64,000 bases of DNA from Eledone cirrhosa (GCA_964016885.1 OZ024740.1:323516001-323580000); one strand, 5' to 3'; numbered from the stretch's first letter, positions 42,240 to 57,888 are shown. A program made the numbers and translations. The notes: generated by a model from the letters alone, not told the origin.

Positions 42240-43467
42240 TCCTAACCTTACCTTTCAGGACATGGCAAATACAAAGACTGGGGAAACAATAAGACACCAA
42301 TGGGTGCTCCAGCACTGGATTTTCTGTGTAAAAACACTATCAATGTTGCCCGTATAAGCTGGTCTAGGTACAATTTCAAGCAATTTTTGGAATATATAAA
42401 ACTTTCAAATATAATATACAAAACTGTGTGAAGATGTTTGAGACCCATGGGTCAACGGAGAACCTCAATACAGTGTCCGAAAACCGTCCTATTCACTCTG
42501 GACGACCCCCAAAACGTACACAGGAAGTTATTGACATGGTCTGAGAGTCTGTTGAACAGAGCTCCAGATCACCTACACACGACAGCCAATCCTTAGGTCT
42601 CTCCACAGAAGCTTGCAGAAAGGTTGTCAAATAGGATCTTAAGACGTATCCCTACAGAATACAGAACAGAAAAGCTGAATAGAAAGGTTATGATTGTGAA
42701 AATGATAGAGAAGATGGAATAAAAGCCCAAATTTTCTGAATCTACTGTGGATCGCTGATGAATCCCTCTTCCACTTAGAGGGGAAAATAAACTCCAAGGA
42801 CAATGTGTTCTTGGGGTCAGAAACTCCCCACTGAAGTGGCTGTAAAACCTCTCCACTCGATTAAGTGTACCACCAAGGCTGCCATATTTTTAGATAGTAT
42901 TGATTGTCCCGTTCCTCTTTGAAGAGAATTGAAAAAGGAGCTATACACCCTGTACCCATCTCTAAAGAATACGGCTTGGATCCTAAAACACGGATCAAGC
43001 CATCACCTCTCCAATGAATCGCGAAAATAGCTAAAAAATAACTTTCGAAATCGTACAATTAGTTTGGAGACTGATTTTTAGTGGACCCTACACAACCCTG
43101 ATTTAAGCTCCCTAGATTTCTTTCTTTGGGGTTATCTGAACGATTTGGTATATGTAAACAAAGTCAGGACCATCACTGAACTAAAGGAAAACATCAAAGC
43201 CATCCTTAGGTCTGTTTGTAAAGACGTTATTTATGCTAAACTTCCCCATGCATCTCAAAAACGCATGAATTCAAATGGGGATCACTTGGAACTATGCTAT
43301 GACTCTGGACAGAAACGTCAGAAGATAGTGAATTTATGATATGTTGTTTCTAATGTTTTTATCTAAAGATATTCGCCGTTTTGTCAAAGAAATGAATAAA
43401 GTAGACAAAAATAAATTGGGGCCAGTTAATTTTTTTCTTTTTTTCGTCTTATTTAGTCACCATGTAT
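42240..43467 (+). mobile_element. Degenerate Tc1/mariner-superfamily transposon
   Basis: Relics HSGRPPKRTQEVI, DLKTYPYRIQ and PDLSSLDFFLWGYLNDLVYVNKVRTITELKENI; TIR-like end TCACCATGTA. Confidence 0.75.
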
Positions 43468-43607
43468 GATTAAAGAACAAGGTGGCAGCGAGAAAACCAT
43501 TTCGTTTTCTTTAACTTCTTGATCTTGTATTGAATACTGGTCTCTTGATTAATCATAAAAACAGTTCACAAAAATGGGAGAAGAAAGAGAGAGGAAGAGC
43601 GAAAGAC

Positions 43608-43666
<59 letters not shown>

Positions 43667-43720
43667 TTTCGCTCTTCGTCTCTCTTTCTTCTCCCTTATA
43701 TGTAAATATATAACTTATAT

Positions 43721-43758
<38 letters not shown>

Positions 43759-43851
43759 ACAAAGGAATTGTGGTAAGGAACGAGATGGACCATAACGCAC
43801 CAGAGTATTCAATACTTAGGGTAGTAGAGTAGGAAATAGGAAAAAGTATGA

Positions 43852-43945
43852 CCCCGACGGCAGAGCTCAAGCCTTTTCGACGGCTATTTCTAGACTAAAT
43901 TAGAATGTTTAGCCTGGTGAATAAATAGCCGAACTTTTCAAGGGG
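43852..43945 (-). ncRNA. Variant hammerhead (U3-A8 core, long stem II), family A
   Basis: CCCC-TTGAAAA-[GTTCGGCTATTT..AAATAGCCGTC]-GAAA-(A/C)GGC-TTGAGCTCT-GCCG-TC-GGGG; the 3' pLTR copy (47324-47420) has a mutated GAAA. Confidence 0.7.
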
Positions 43946-44771
43946 GTACTTCCTTATATGGGAAGATTGTAGTTGTCAAGAGAATTAGTTAAAATTTGTT
44001 GTAAACACAAATAAGTCTATCATGGCATTTGGTGGGAGGTAGGGGCGGCTGAACTTGCCTGTAGAACAATAGAGGAGTGAGTGGAGCGGTCAAGCGTTGA
44101 AAGTGATATGTATACAGCAGATTCTAAGGATAGTGTATGACGTGGAGGAGGGAGGTTATAGAATAGGTAAATCGAATGAGAGTAGGAGACAATAAAAGAT
44201 ACTAGAAAGAAATAGAAAAATATATAAAATTAGATAGTGAGAAATGAATAAAAAAAATCACAATGCTATCTTACAATTACAGGTTAATAAGTTGAGAAAC
44301 GAAAAAAACTTGTAGAAATTGAGTAGTACCAGAACTGATACAGAATTAAAGGGGTTTAACACGTCTGCTATAACTAGTTACCAAAACATATTCGGCCAAT
44401 TCTGTCTTAAAATTACAGGGGTTGGGGGAACTGATGTTACAGAGGCCCGATGGGCTGCATTGGATAGGCGAAGGGGAAAAGCAGACGAGGAAGAAAATAG
44501 GGGTTCGGCTATTTATTCACCAGGCTAAAAATTCTAATTTAGTCCAGAAATAGCCGTCGAAACGGCTTGAGCTCTGCAGTCGGGGTCATACTTTTTCCTA
44601 TTTCCCACTCTACTACCCTAAGTATTGAGTACTCTGGTGCGTTATGGTCCATCTGGTTCCTTACCACAATTGCTTTGTTATTTAACTCCTATCTCTGTAG
44701 TAGATCATTTTCCGACTCTACCACGCCATATCCCCACTTTTCCACCCAGTTCAAGTTTCTTCACCCGCACG

Positions 44772-46636
44772 ATGCGAAAACACAACATCGACTTCTCCAC
44801 CAAGAACATCCCAGTTCCACTGAGAAAACTTTACCTTCGGATGCTCACGCAAAAAATCGACCTTTTTGCGAAAAGACTAAGATGGAGAACTTTTTCTACT
44901 ATAGATACCGCGACAATCAGGACTTCGACACCAAGGAGAGATTCGGATTCAATACCTACAAATCTCCCTCTCCAAACCCTATGCTCTCACCCTTCGAGAA
45001 CGACCTTTTCCACCTGGTCAAGAGCATTAAATTCAAACCCAGACACAAGAGATTCCTACAACAACTCCGTAGCAAATTAACAGAGTATGAAAACACCAAC
45101 GACATCATGGTGCACTCGGACAAAACAGGAAACCTCTACTTCGTCAACCCTGACAGATACCACACACTGATCAGGAGCAGCCTAAACTCCACCTATAAAA
45201 AGGCTAACCATTCAATTATCGAGGACATAAATCGAGATGGACAACAAATTACCTCCAGCCTCGGGGTCACCGACCGCACTGAACCCCTAGACCCACGGAC
45301 TCCCTACTTCACACTGAAGGACCACAAATCCGACTTCGACCGCAAACCATCCATTAGGCTTATAAACCCAACGAAGTCGGACATAGGGAGAATCAGTAAA
45401 AAGATCCTAGACCGAGTGATACCAAAAGTTAAGCAAAACGTGAGACTTAGCCTATGGGTCAGCACCCAGGAAGTAATCTCATGGTTCAGGAATATGGAGG
45501 ACAAACGAGACACAAAATTCATCCAGTTTGACATAGAGAGTTACTATGCATTTATTACCTTACCGCTCCTTACGGCCGCCGAAACACTCACACCCATCAC
45601 TGCGCAGGAAAGAAATATCATTCTCCACGCCAGGAAGACATTCCTACTTTTCGACAACTCTAAGTGGATAAAGAGAGCTCCCGACTCCCCCTTCGACGTC
45701 AGTATGGGCGCGACGGATTCGGCCGAGGTCACAGATCTTATTGGATTATTCCTACTATTTAAACTCACCGAAATGTTTCCTGCATTCGGCGGTGGATTGT
45801 ACCGGGATGATGGGCTCCTCACCCTCAAAGGGTACAACCCCAGTAGTACAGACCGTGTCCGTAAACAACTAATCAACTTCTTCTGGGACGGGGGATTTAA
45901 AATCACCCTACAAACGTCCCTAAACCGAGTCAATTTCCTGGACGTTACCCTTAACCTCGAAAATGATCTGTACTACCCATACAGGAAACCAAACGACAAC
46001 CTGCACTACATCCACCGCCGCTCTAACCATCCTAGAAACATCAGCAATAACCACAACATAATCAACAAAAACACCATCAAACTCTCCTACAGCACCACAC
46101 CTACCTTCGCACAAAACATCGTCTCCTCAAACAACAAAAAACTCAACCCCTATGGAAGAAATAACCTAGACATCAGTGGAGAGCCGACCAGGAGGTGTAA
46201 CTTCCCTGATAGATCTACATGCCCCCTCAACAACAAATGTCGAGAACGTAACGTGATCTACCAGTGCAACGTGAGGACTGACACCTCCAATAAAGCTTAT
46301 ATAGGATTAACCGCGTGTGACTTCAAGACCCGGCTCTACCAACACCGACATACTTTCCGAAACCCCGTCCGGCGACATGCCACTACACTTTCGAGCCACA
46401 TCTGGGACCTCCAAGATAATAATATAACCTACAATCTCACTTGGAGCTTACTGTCCAAAGCTAACTCTTACACGGGAGGACGCCGTCCGTGTAACGTATG
46501 CTCGGAGGAAACATTACAAATGCTGTTTTCGAAGGACCAACTCCTAAACAAGTAAGAGGAACTGGTAACCGCACGCAAACACAGATTGCATAGGACTTAT
46601 CTCGCCCTCAAACCCCATAACGACCCGGGTGGGTAG
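44772..46636 (+). pseudogene. Naiad RT + GIY-YIG ORF with an early frameshift, internal deletion and late stop
   Basis: MRKHNIDFSTKNIPVP..AKRLRWRTF / SDKTGNLY, TLKDHK, RLINPTKSDIGRISK, QFDIESYY, FDVSMGATDSAEV, GLYRDDGL, NFLDVTLNL, AYIGLT..FKTRLYQH, CNVC, LLNK*EELV. Confidence 0.92.
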
Positions 46637-47448
46637 ACAAGGGCTGATACCTCCCTGCTTGCCGAATAAGTTAGGGGAAACCCCTGCTTACTTAGGTAGA
46701 TGTACCTCTTTTCTTTTCTTTTCCTCTTTGTCTTCTTCCCTTTGTCTCATCCTATGACTTCCTTCCACCCCCTATTTTCTTCCTCGTCTGCTTTTCCCCT
46801 TCGCCTACCCCAATGCAGCCCATCGGGCCTCTGTAGCATCAGTTCCCCTACCCCTGTAATTTTAAGACAGAATTGGCCGTATACGTTTTACTAACTACTT
46901 ATAGCAGACGTGTTAAACCCCTTTAATTCTGTATCAGTTCTGGTACTACTCAGTTTCTACAAGTTTTTACTATTCTCTACTTATTAACCTGTAATTGTAA
47001 GATAGAATTGTGATATTTTTATTCATTTCTCACTATCTAATTTTATATATTTTTTTATTTCTTTCTATTATATTTTATTGTCTCCTACTCTCATTCGATT
47101 TACCTATTCTATAACCTCCCTCCTCCACTTCATACACTATCCTTAGAATCTGCTGTATACATATCACTTTCAACGCTTGACCGCTCCACTCACTCACCTA
47201 TTGTTCCACAGGCAAGTTCAGCCGCCCCTACCTCCCAACAAATGCCATGATAGACTTATTTGTTGTTTCCAACAAATTTTAACCAATCCTCTTGTCAACT
47301 ACAATCTTCCCATATAAGGAAGTACCGCCTTGAAAAGTTCGGCTATTTATTCACCAGGCTAAAAATTCTAATTTAGTCCAGAAATAGCCGACACAACGGC
47401 TTGAGCTCTGCCGTCAGGGTCATACTTTTTCCTATATATATATATATA

Positions 47449-49868
<2,420 letters not shown>

Positions 49869-50521
49869 GATACATAAATAGAAAGGGGTGGGAGGAAAAG
49901 TAAGAGAAAAAGAGAGGAGATATAGAAAAAGAAAGAGAGAGAGAGAGAGAGGAAGAGAAACAGAGACTGAAAGTAAAAGGTAGAGGAAGAGAGTGTGAAA
50001 GTGAGAGAGAGAGAGTGAGAGAATAAAGCAGTGGAATGTGTGACTGGCTGTCCTATCTCCTCTGTGTCTTCAATGAATTGGCGTCCCGAATGATGAAAGT
50101 GCGACATTGATTGGCCATAAAGGGAGATAAGTTGTCTCTTCATTATCATTATGCCTCACTGAACATTACCAACACAGCAAGCAACCTCCACATACAGAGG
50201 ACAATAATATAGCTAGCTATCTCTGTGTCTCTGATGGAAAATAAATCTTCTATAACTAATATGATTATGTTTATGAGGGAGATGATTGCTAATAACAGCA
50301 TCAACAGCAACTGTAGTAGTAGTAGTAGTGGTGGTGGTGGTGGTGGTGGTGGTGGTGGTGGTGGTGATAGTGGTAGTAGTGGTAGTGGTGGTGGTAGTGG
50401 TATTTTTGGTGGTGGTAGAAGTAGTAGTAGTAAGGATGATAATAAGAATATTGAAAAGGGAGAGGAAGAGAGAGAAAAGATTAATCTGAAAGAAGAGTAT
50501 CATAAACAAAATACTTTAGAG

Positions 50522-50570
50522 CAGGCATGTCAAACATGTGACCCTTTACCAGCACACCTGCGGCCCGCAC
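50522..50570 (+). mobile_element. Possible hAT (Charlie-like) terminus
   Basis: CAGGCATGTCAAAC..GCGGCCCGC preceded by 8-mer CTTTAGAG; other end not found. Confidence 0.35.
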
Positions 50571-51450
50571 AAAGATTTTTATAGCGCGAGTGTAATATAA
50601 CATTAAAAAATATTAGTTGTAATGTGGGCAATTAGTTGTGATGTTGCTTCTAATTACCTTGTATGGATTCTTAAAACTAGTTTTGTATTTCATGTCAAAT
50701 ATAAATATTTACTATTTTTCTGGCGATAGTTTTCTTCGGAGTATCTATTTCCATTTGGTGGTGAGTTTCATATGTTGTATGGTGTGTCATTAGTTTCTCT
50801 CATCTTAGGTAGTTATGTTATATCAGTGTGTCGTCTTTCTATGTTGCGTTTGGAGAAGTTATTAGGTTTTTTTTTCCTTGTTGGCTATTTCTGCTGTGTA
50901 GTTCGTCAACGGAAGATAACTTACTCTGTGGATTTTTCAGAGCTGAAACGCTGATCGAGTGATAAATTATCGAGATAAAAAAAACAGGATTAGTGAGCTG
51001 ATTAAAACAAAAGAGCAAAACCAAATTAGAATTGATGAATCTGCACAACATAGTGAATAAAAAGGAAGATGTATAAAATCCCCAGCACAAAACTCCCAGA
51101 TACATGGATATAGAATACAAAGCATACAAAAGTCATTTAAAAGCATCACACAACATAATACAGAAAGTGAAAAATGCGTAATATCTTCCAATTAACTCCA
51201 CTCTAACAACGATATTTCTGAACATACAACAATTGCAAACCGGCGAATTAGCAGGGTCGTTAATGGCACCGGGTTAAAAAAAAACTCACTCGGTGTGTTT
51301 TTCAGTCCAATTGTGCTCTGAGTTCAACTCCCGCCGAGGTCACCTTTGCCGTTTATCTTTCCGCAGTTCATAAATAAAGTAATCAACTAACAGTTCAGTA
51401 TTGAGGTAGATCTTTTCTCTCTCTAATCTTTTTTCCTCTTTGTCTGCTAG

Positions 51451-51504
51451 AAATCGGCTCTGTTTGAGATGGGCTCCGCCAGACTTAAATGCCCAAGACA
51501 CGTG
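51451..51504 (+). CDS. Possible 54-bp internal exon
   Basis: CTAAT branch-like site, polypyrimidine tract and TAG acceptor, GTATGT donor; two open frames (KSALFEMGSARLKCPRHV or NRLCLRWAPPDLNAQDT). Confidence 0.35.
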
Positions 51505-52679
51505 GTATGTAGGGAGAGCAGCACTGCGACTCCATCAGACGTTAGTGGTTTTATAAAAAAAAAAAGGATCACAACAAAAACAACTAAAATACATATAAAC
51601 ACACCACATAACACAACATAACACTGAAAATCAGAAATGTTTATCAGCATCAAATGAAAGACTCCTTATCTAACAACGATGTTTCTGGACATACAATGAC
51701 CATGACCAAAACAACTAAGAGACCGAACCATATATATATTGCACTCAACATACGCATCAAAAGCTGAGTTAGCGAACGTACATACTTTTAATATACAAAT
51801 TGAACATATCTAAAAAAAAATATATTAACAGCACAAAATCTGTTTCGTTGAAATAAAGCAAAAATTCTCACTCATCTTATGATGCGTAAATGCTGAAATT
51901 TTATGCTAAAATTTTACTTATCTGTGGAATACTCAGCCACTTACACCTAAGTTTAAAAAGTAGGTCGTTTAGTTGATTCAACAACTAGAACTCTCGGTGT
52001 CGAAATCTCGTGAGCTTCATTTACTTTTAATAGATCAAATATGACCTTAAAATGTAACAGGTTTTACTAAACCACTCAATAATAAAAAGTAAAGTTGACA
52101 ATGTTCGAGTTTGAACTGTAAACATAACTGAACAGAGGAAATACTTTTGCCCCATCTTCTTCCAATTCTGCTGTAACATTTATGACAAACATAGGCACCA
52201 GGCCAGTAATATGGGGAACTGCGGTCAATAATATTGACAACAGTACTTGACTGTTAATTTATTCTGTTGACCCATACAGAATGGAAGTCAAAGTTGATCT
52301 TAGCAGGATTTGAACTCAGAACGTAAGTACCCCAGATCATTCTATCCGACGCTTTACCGATTTTGCTATATTATTGCCCTTCGTAATTATTGTAATTACC
52401 TATAATATTTCACTGGTGTTGATTTTACCAACTCATTAATAATAAAAGGCAAATCGACACTCGTAGAATTTGAACTTGCCATTGTATTTTTGCCACAAAT
52501 TATTTTATCTGATTCTCTTAACGATTCTACTATATATCGTCCTTCATACGATGTCAATATGTACAGAGACTGTATCGAAAAATATTAACTAGTTACATGA
52601 AGACGCTTGAATCGCCGACTTTTCCTTGCTTTTCGTAATCTTTATCTTCGATGTATTAACCCCAACGTCTTGTATTCTT

Positions 52680-53370
52680 GTGGACAAATTGGCAGTGCCG
52701 TTAGAGCGTCAGATAACATGCTTTGTGGTACAGCGTTGCGTTTCTTTACGTTCTGAGTTCAAATCCCACCGATATTAGCTTTGCCTTTCATCCTTACGGG
52801 GTCGAAAATATAAAGTACCAGTAACGCACTCGGGTCGATTTAGTCGACTTTCTCCTACTCCCAAATTGTTGGTCTTGTGCTTAAATCTGAAACCATAAAT
52901 ATTGGCACCAGTAATGCACTGGGGTCGATATAATCGACTTTTCCTTCAGAAAAATTATTGGCCTTGTGTTTAAATCAGAAGCCATTATAGGAAATAAATA
53001 ATTTTCTATATAGATAATAAACACAACCACAAGGATATGGTGCGAACGTGGAAGAGACGAACTCCCACTGTCATCGCCTCCATCTCTCTCGCCCTCCCCA
53101 TCTCTCTGTATGGTGAGCATATGGGGTCCCACGTGCTGGCCTCCCCACAGCCCCCGCAGACAAAATGGAGAAGGCGTTTCCCCGGAGGATGATAAGGGAG
53201 ACGAATAACGCACTGGGGTTGATTTAACCGACTTCCCTTACCCTAAAATTGTTGGCCTTGTGCTTAAATCAGAAACCATTATTATTGGCACCAGTTACGT
53301 ACTGAGGTTGATTTAACCGACTTTCCTTACCCAAAAATGGCTGGTCTTGTATCTAAATCAGAAATTATTA
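52680..53370 (+). mobile_element. tRNA-derived SINE followed by three extra copies of its 3' module
   Basis: TGGCAGTGCCGTTAG..GAGTTCAAATCCC..GCCTTTCATCC; module CACTGGGGTCGAT..TTAAATCAGAAACCAT recurs near 52910, 53205 and 53290. Confidence 0.7.
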
Positions 53371-53727
53371 TTGGCTCTAGCTTTTTACTGTATCAGTCTA
53401 TATTCTGGTAGAGTTTGAACTTAAAACGTAACTAAACAGCAGAAATCAATTTATACAATCTCTCTAATTTCTGCAAATCTCTATCGATTCTGCTACATGT
53501 AGTCCGCCATAATTATTGAAATATTAATAACATTTCATTGATTCGGCGTTTGTCACCTTAATGAATTGAAATAATATTAGAAAACATTCAGTTATTAAGC
53601 AATAATAGCTTGAAAACATTAATAAAGCTTTAATCGACTCCATTGAAAAGGTAATTTGCAGCACTGCTATAAATTATATACAGTATCTAAAGTCACAGCA
53701 AATTACTATTATTTCATATTGTAAACA

Positions 53728-55190
53728 TTGTTGTTGTTGTGTTGTTGTTATTGTTGTTGTTGTGCTTTTGTTATTGTTGTTGTTGCGTTGTTGTTATTGT
53801 TGTTGTTGTGCTGTGGTTCTTGTTGTTCTTAATGGTGGTGGATACTGTTATTATTGTTGTTGTTATAGTTGTGCTGTTATTATTGTTGGTGTTGTGGTTT
53901 TGTTATTGTTGTTGTTGTGTTGTTGTTATTGTTATTGTTGTGGTTTTGTTATTGTTGTTGCTGCGTTGTTGTTATTGTTGTTGTTGTGCTGTGGTTCTTG
54001 TTGTTCTTAATGGTGGTGGTGGTGGGATACTGTTAATATTGTTGTTGTTATAGTTGTTGTGCTGTTGTTATTGTTGTTGTTGAGCTGTTCTTGTTGTGCT
54101 GTTGTTATTGTTGTTGTTGAGCTGTTCTTGTTGTGATGTTGTTATTGTTGTTGTGTTGTTGTTATTGTTGTTGTTGTGTTATGGTTCTTGTTCTTAAGGT
54201 GGTGTTGTTGTTGATTACTGGTGGTGGTGTTGATGTCATATTGTTATTATAGTTGTTGCTGTTGTGTTGTTGTTATTGTTGTTGTTCTTGTTGTTATGAT
54301 GGTTAATGTTGCTGTTGTTATAGTTGTTGTCATTATTATTATTGTTGTTGTGTTTTGTTCTTGCTGTACTTAATGGTGGTGGTGGTGGTGGTGGTGGTGG
54401 TGGTGATATAGTCGGTTAACGTTATTGTTGTTACTGTTGTTGTTGTTGGTGGTGGTGTTGATGTCATATTGTTGCTATTGCTGTTGTTGCGTTTTTGTTA
54501 TTGTTGCTATGATGCTTCAAGTTGCTGTTGTTGTTCTTGGTGGTGGTGGTGGTAGTGGGGTAGGGGTGCTGTTGTTACGATGGTTAATGTTCCAGTTCTT
54601 GATGATGGTGGTGGTGGTGGTGGTATTGTTGTTATTGTTGTTGTTTTTTGTGGTGGTGGTGGTGGCGGGAATGTTATTGTTGTTGTTGTTATTGGTGGTG
54701 GTGGTGGTGTTGTGTTTGGTGTTTGTGAAGGTGGAATGTTGTTGTTATTGTTGTTGTTTTTTGGTGGAGGTTTTGTTGTTATTGTTGTTGTTGTTTGGTG
54801 GTGGTGTTGTTGTTGTTTGGTGTTGTTGTTGTTGGTGTTGTTGTTGTTGTTTGGTGGTGGTGTTGTTGTTGTGTTTGGTGTTTGTGATCGTGGGATGTTG
54901 TTATTGTTGTGTATTTTCTTTTTTTGGGGGGGGGTTATTGTTGTTGTTAATATTGGTGGTGGTGTTGTTGTTGTTATTGTTGTTGATGATATTGGTGGTG
55001 TTGTTGTTGTTGTTATTGTTGTTGTTGATATTGGTGGTGGTGTTGATGTCATATTGTTGTTGTTATGATTGTTAATGTTGCTGTTGTTAATATTGTTGTT
55101 GTGATGTTGTTATAATGTTATTGTTGCTGATGGTAGTGATGTCGATATTGATAAGAATATGTTGTTGTTGTTGGTGGTGATGATATTGTA
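53728..55190. repeat. (GTT/GGT)n low-complexity tract
   Basis: Direct inspection. Confidence 0.9.
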
Positions 55191-55192
55191 AT

Positions 55193-55382
55193 AATTGTTT
55201 CTACTATTGGCACAAGGCCAGCAATTATTCCAGTGTATTACTGGTACTTTATTTTATCGACCCCGTATGGATGAAAGGCAAAGTTAACCTCGGCGGGATT
55301 TGAACTCAGACCAGAAAGGGCCGTAACTCTTTGCTGCAAAGCATGGCGTCCGACCCTCTACCGCTACTGCCAATCCACCGCC
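55193..55382 (-). mobile_element. Full-length tRNA-derived SINE
   Basis: GGCGGTGGATTGGCAGTAGCGG (A box), GAGTTCAAATCCC (B box), core GCCTTTCATCC..GGGGTCGATAAAATAAAGTACCAG; more than ten relatives in the window. Confidence 0.85.
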
Positions 55383-55534
55383 CTGTTGCTATTGTTGTTG
55401 GTGGTGATGCTGTTGTTGTTGGTGATGATGCTGTTGTTGTTAATGTTGCTGTTGTTGTTAATGTTGCTGTTGTTGTTAATGTTGTGTTGTTGTTAATGTT
55501 GCTGTTGTTGTTGGTGGAGATGCTGTTGTTGTTG

Positions 55535-56148
55535 TTCTGATTGTTAATGTCATGTTATTGCCGGCATGTTGTTACTGTTGTTGTTGTTGTTCTTGTTGTT
55601 CTTGTTGTTCTGATTGTTAATGTCATGTTATTGCCGGCATGTTGTTACTGTTGTTGTTGTTGTTGTTGTTCTTGTTGTTCTGATTGTTAATGTCATGTTA
55701 TTGCCTCCATGTTCTTAATGTTGTTATTGTTGTTGTTGTTGTTCTGATTGTTAATTTCAAGTTATTGCCGGCATGTTGTTACTGTTGTTGTTGTTGTTCT
55801 TGTTGTGATTGTTAATGTCATGTTATGACCGCCATGTTGTTACTGTGGTGGTTGTTGTTGTTCTGATTGTTAATGTCATGGTATTGCCGCCATCTTGTTA
55901 CTTTTGTTGTTGTTGTTGTTGTGATTGTTAATGTCATGTTATTGCCGCCATGTTGTTCCTGTTGTTGTTATTGTTGTTGTCGTTGTGATTGTTAATGTCA
56001 TGTTATGGCCGCCATGTTATTACTGATGTTGTTGTTGTTGTTGTTGTTGTGATTGTTAATGTCATGGTATTGCCGCCATGTTGTTACTGTTGTTGTTGTT
56101 GTAGTTGTTCTGATTGTTAATGTCATGTTATTGCCGCCATGTTGTTAC

Positions 56149-56182
<34 letters not shown>

Positions 56183-56270
56183 AATGTCACGTTATGGCCG
56201 CCATGTTTTTACTGTTGTTGTTCTTGTTGTTCTGATTGTTAATGTCCTGTTATTGCCGCCATGTTGTTAC

Positions 56271-56304
<34 letters not shown>

Positions 56305-56705
56305 CTGATTGTTAATGTCACGTTATTGCCGCCATATTGTTGCTGTTGTTGTTGTTGTTGTTGTTCTGATTGTTAATGTCATGTTAATGCCGCAATGTTG
56401 TTATTGTTGTTGTTGTTGTTGTTCTGATTGTCAATGTCATGTTATTGCCGCCATGTTGTTACTGTTGTTTTTTTTTTGTTCTGATTGTTAATTTCATGTT
56501 ATTGCCGCCATGTTGATACTTTTGTTGTTGTTGTTGTTGTTGATGTTGTGATTGTTAATGTTATTTTATTGCCGCCATATTGTTGCTGTTGTTGTTGTTG
56601 TTGTGATTGTTAATGTCATGTTAATGCCACCATGTTGTTACTGTTGTTGTTGTTCTTCTTCTTATTATTGTTAATGCCATGTTATTGCCGCTATGTTGTT
56701 ACTGT
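55535..56705. repeat. ~60-bp minisatellite (~19 copies) with a variable (GTT)n spacer
   Basis: Unit TGATTGTTAATGTCATGTTATTGCCGCCATGTTGTTACT(GTT)n. Confidence 0.9.
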
Positions 56706-57181
56706 TGTTGTTGTAGCCGATGTTGTTGTTTTTCTTCTTGCTGTTGTAGCTGATGTTGTTGCTGTTCTTGCTGTTGTAGCTGATGATATTGTTGTAGAGT
56801 GGTGTTGTAATTTTTATTGTTGTTGATGTTGTTGTTGTTGTTGTTGTTGTTGCTGTTGTAGCTGATGTTGTTGTTGTTATTAATGCTGTTGTTTTTATTG
56901 CTGTTGTTGTAGCTGATGTTGTTGTTGTAGCTGATGATGTTCAATAATTTTATGAGTTTATTATAGTTATGGCTGTTCATCTTGTTGGTCGACAATAATT
57001 TATAATGGCCGTTCATTAAAGTGTGTTTGGGGAGAAATAAGGTGGAAGAACATTTCAAACGCTCTGCTGATTGGCAAGGAGAAATAAATCACTAGGCATA
57101 TTATAGAGGAAATCTGTTTACATCTAAATTAACTATAGATATAGATATTTAGTTGATTGATGTCAGACTGTGTATCTGTAC

Positions 57182-57286
<105 letters not shown>

Positions 57287-57303
57287 TATATATATATATA
57301 TAT

Positions 57304-57386
<83 letters not shown>

Positions 57387-57420
57387 TACACGGGTGTGTA
57401 TGATTGTGTATAGAAGATTA

Positions 57421-57841
57421 TATTAATAAAAGGAATTCCAACTTTGTCTGATTTACTCGTTTTATTTACAATCCTTTAAAATTTATAATGGTATTAGAAT
57501 GAAATAGTATGGTAGAATATTAAATGTTAAGTGTTAATTGAACAAGTACTTTCATGCTCTCGCAATCTTCAGGTTCACATTGTGTGATGACAGTCAAATT
57601 TGCAATTTTCAACTGTGTGAATTTTGAATTTTGAACTGTTTTCAAAAGTTGAAAATTGCAAACTTGACTGTTACCACAGAATATGAACCTGAAGATTGCG
57701 AAAGCATGAAAGTACTTGTTCAATTAACACTTAACATTTAATATTCTACCATACTATTTCATTGTAATACCATTGTAAATTTGAAAGGATTGTAAATAAA
57801 ACGAGTAAATCAGACAAAGTTGGAATTCCTTTTATTAATAT
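57421..57841. mobile_element. Family M fold-back element with ~195-bp inverted arms
   Basis: 57421-57613 is the reverse complement of 57648-57841 with a few mismatches. Confidence 0.85.
57684..57722 (+). ncRNA. Minimal type I hammerhead, family M (mirror copy 57539-57577 on -)
   Basis: TGAAC-CTGAAGA-TTGCGAAAGCAT-GAA-AGTACT-T-GTTCA. Confidence 0.85.
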
Positions 57842-57888
57842 ATATATATATGTACATTTATATACACATGTATATATACATATAAAAT

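Larger units (their letters stand above)
43758..47434 (+). mobile_element. Penelope-like retroelement, Naiad-type; parent of family A
   Basis: Inverted 5' pLTR with tail (43758-44503), partial direct pLTR (44503-44680), ORF, 3' pLTR (~46770-47434); (TA)n at both ends. Confidence 0.92.

Noticed and set aside
55535-56705. CRISPR-like repeat/spacer appearance (also 11890-12145)
   Set aside because: Spacers are (GTT)n or absent, no cas genes, eukaryotic context
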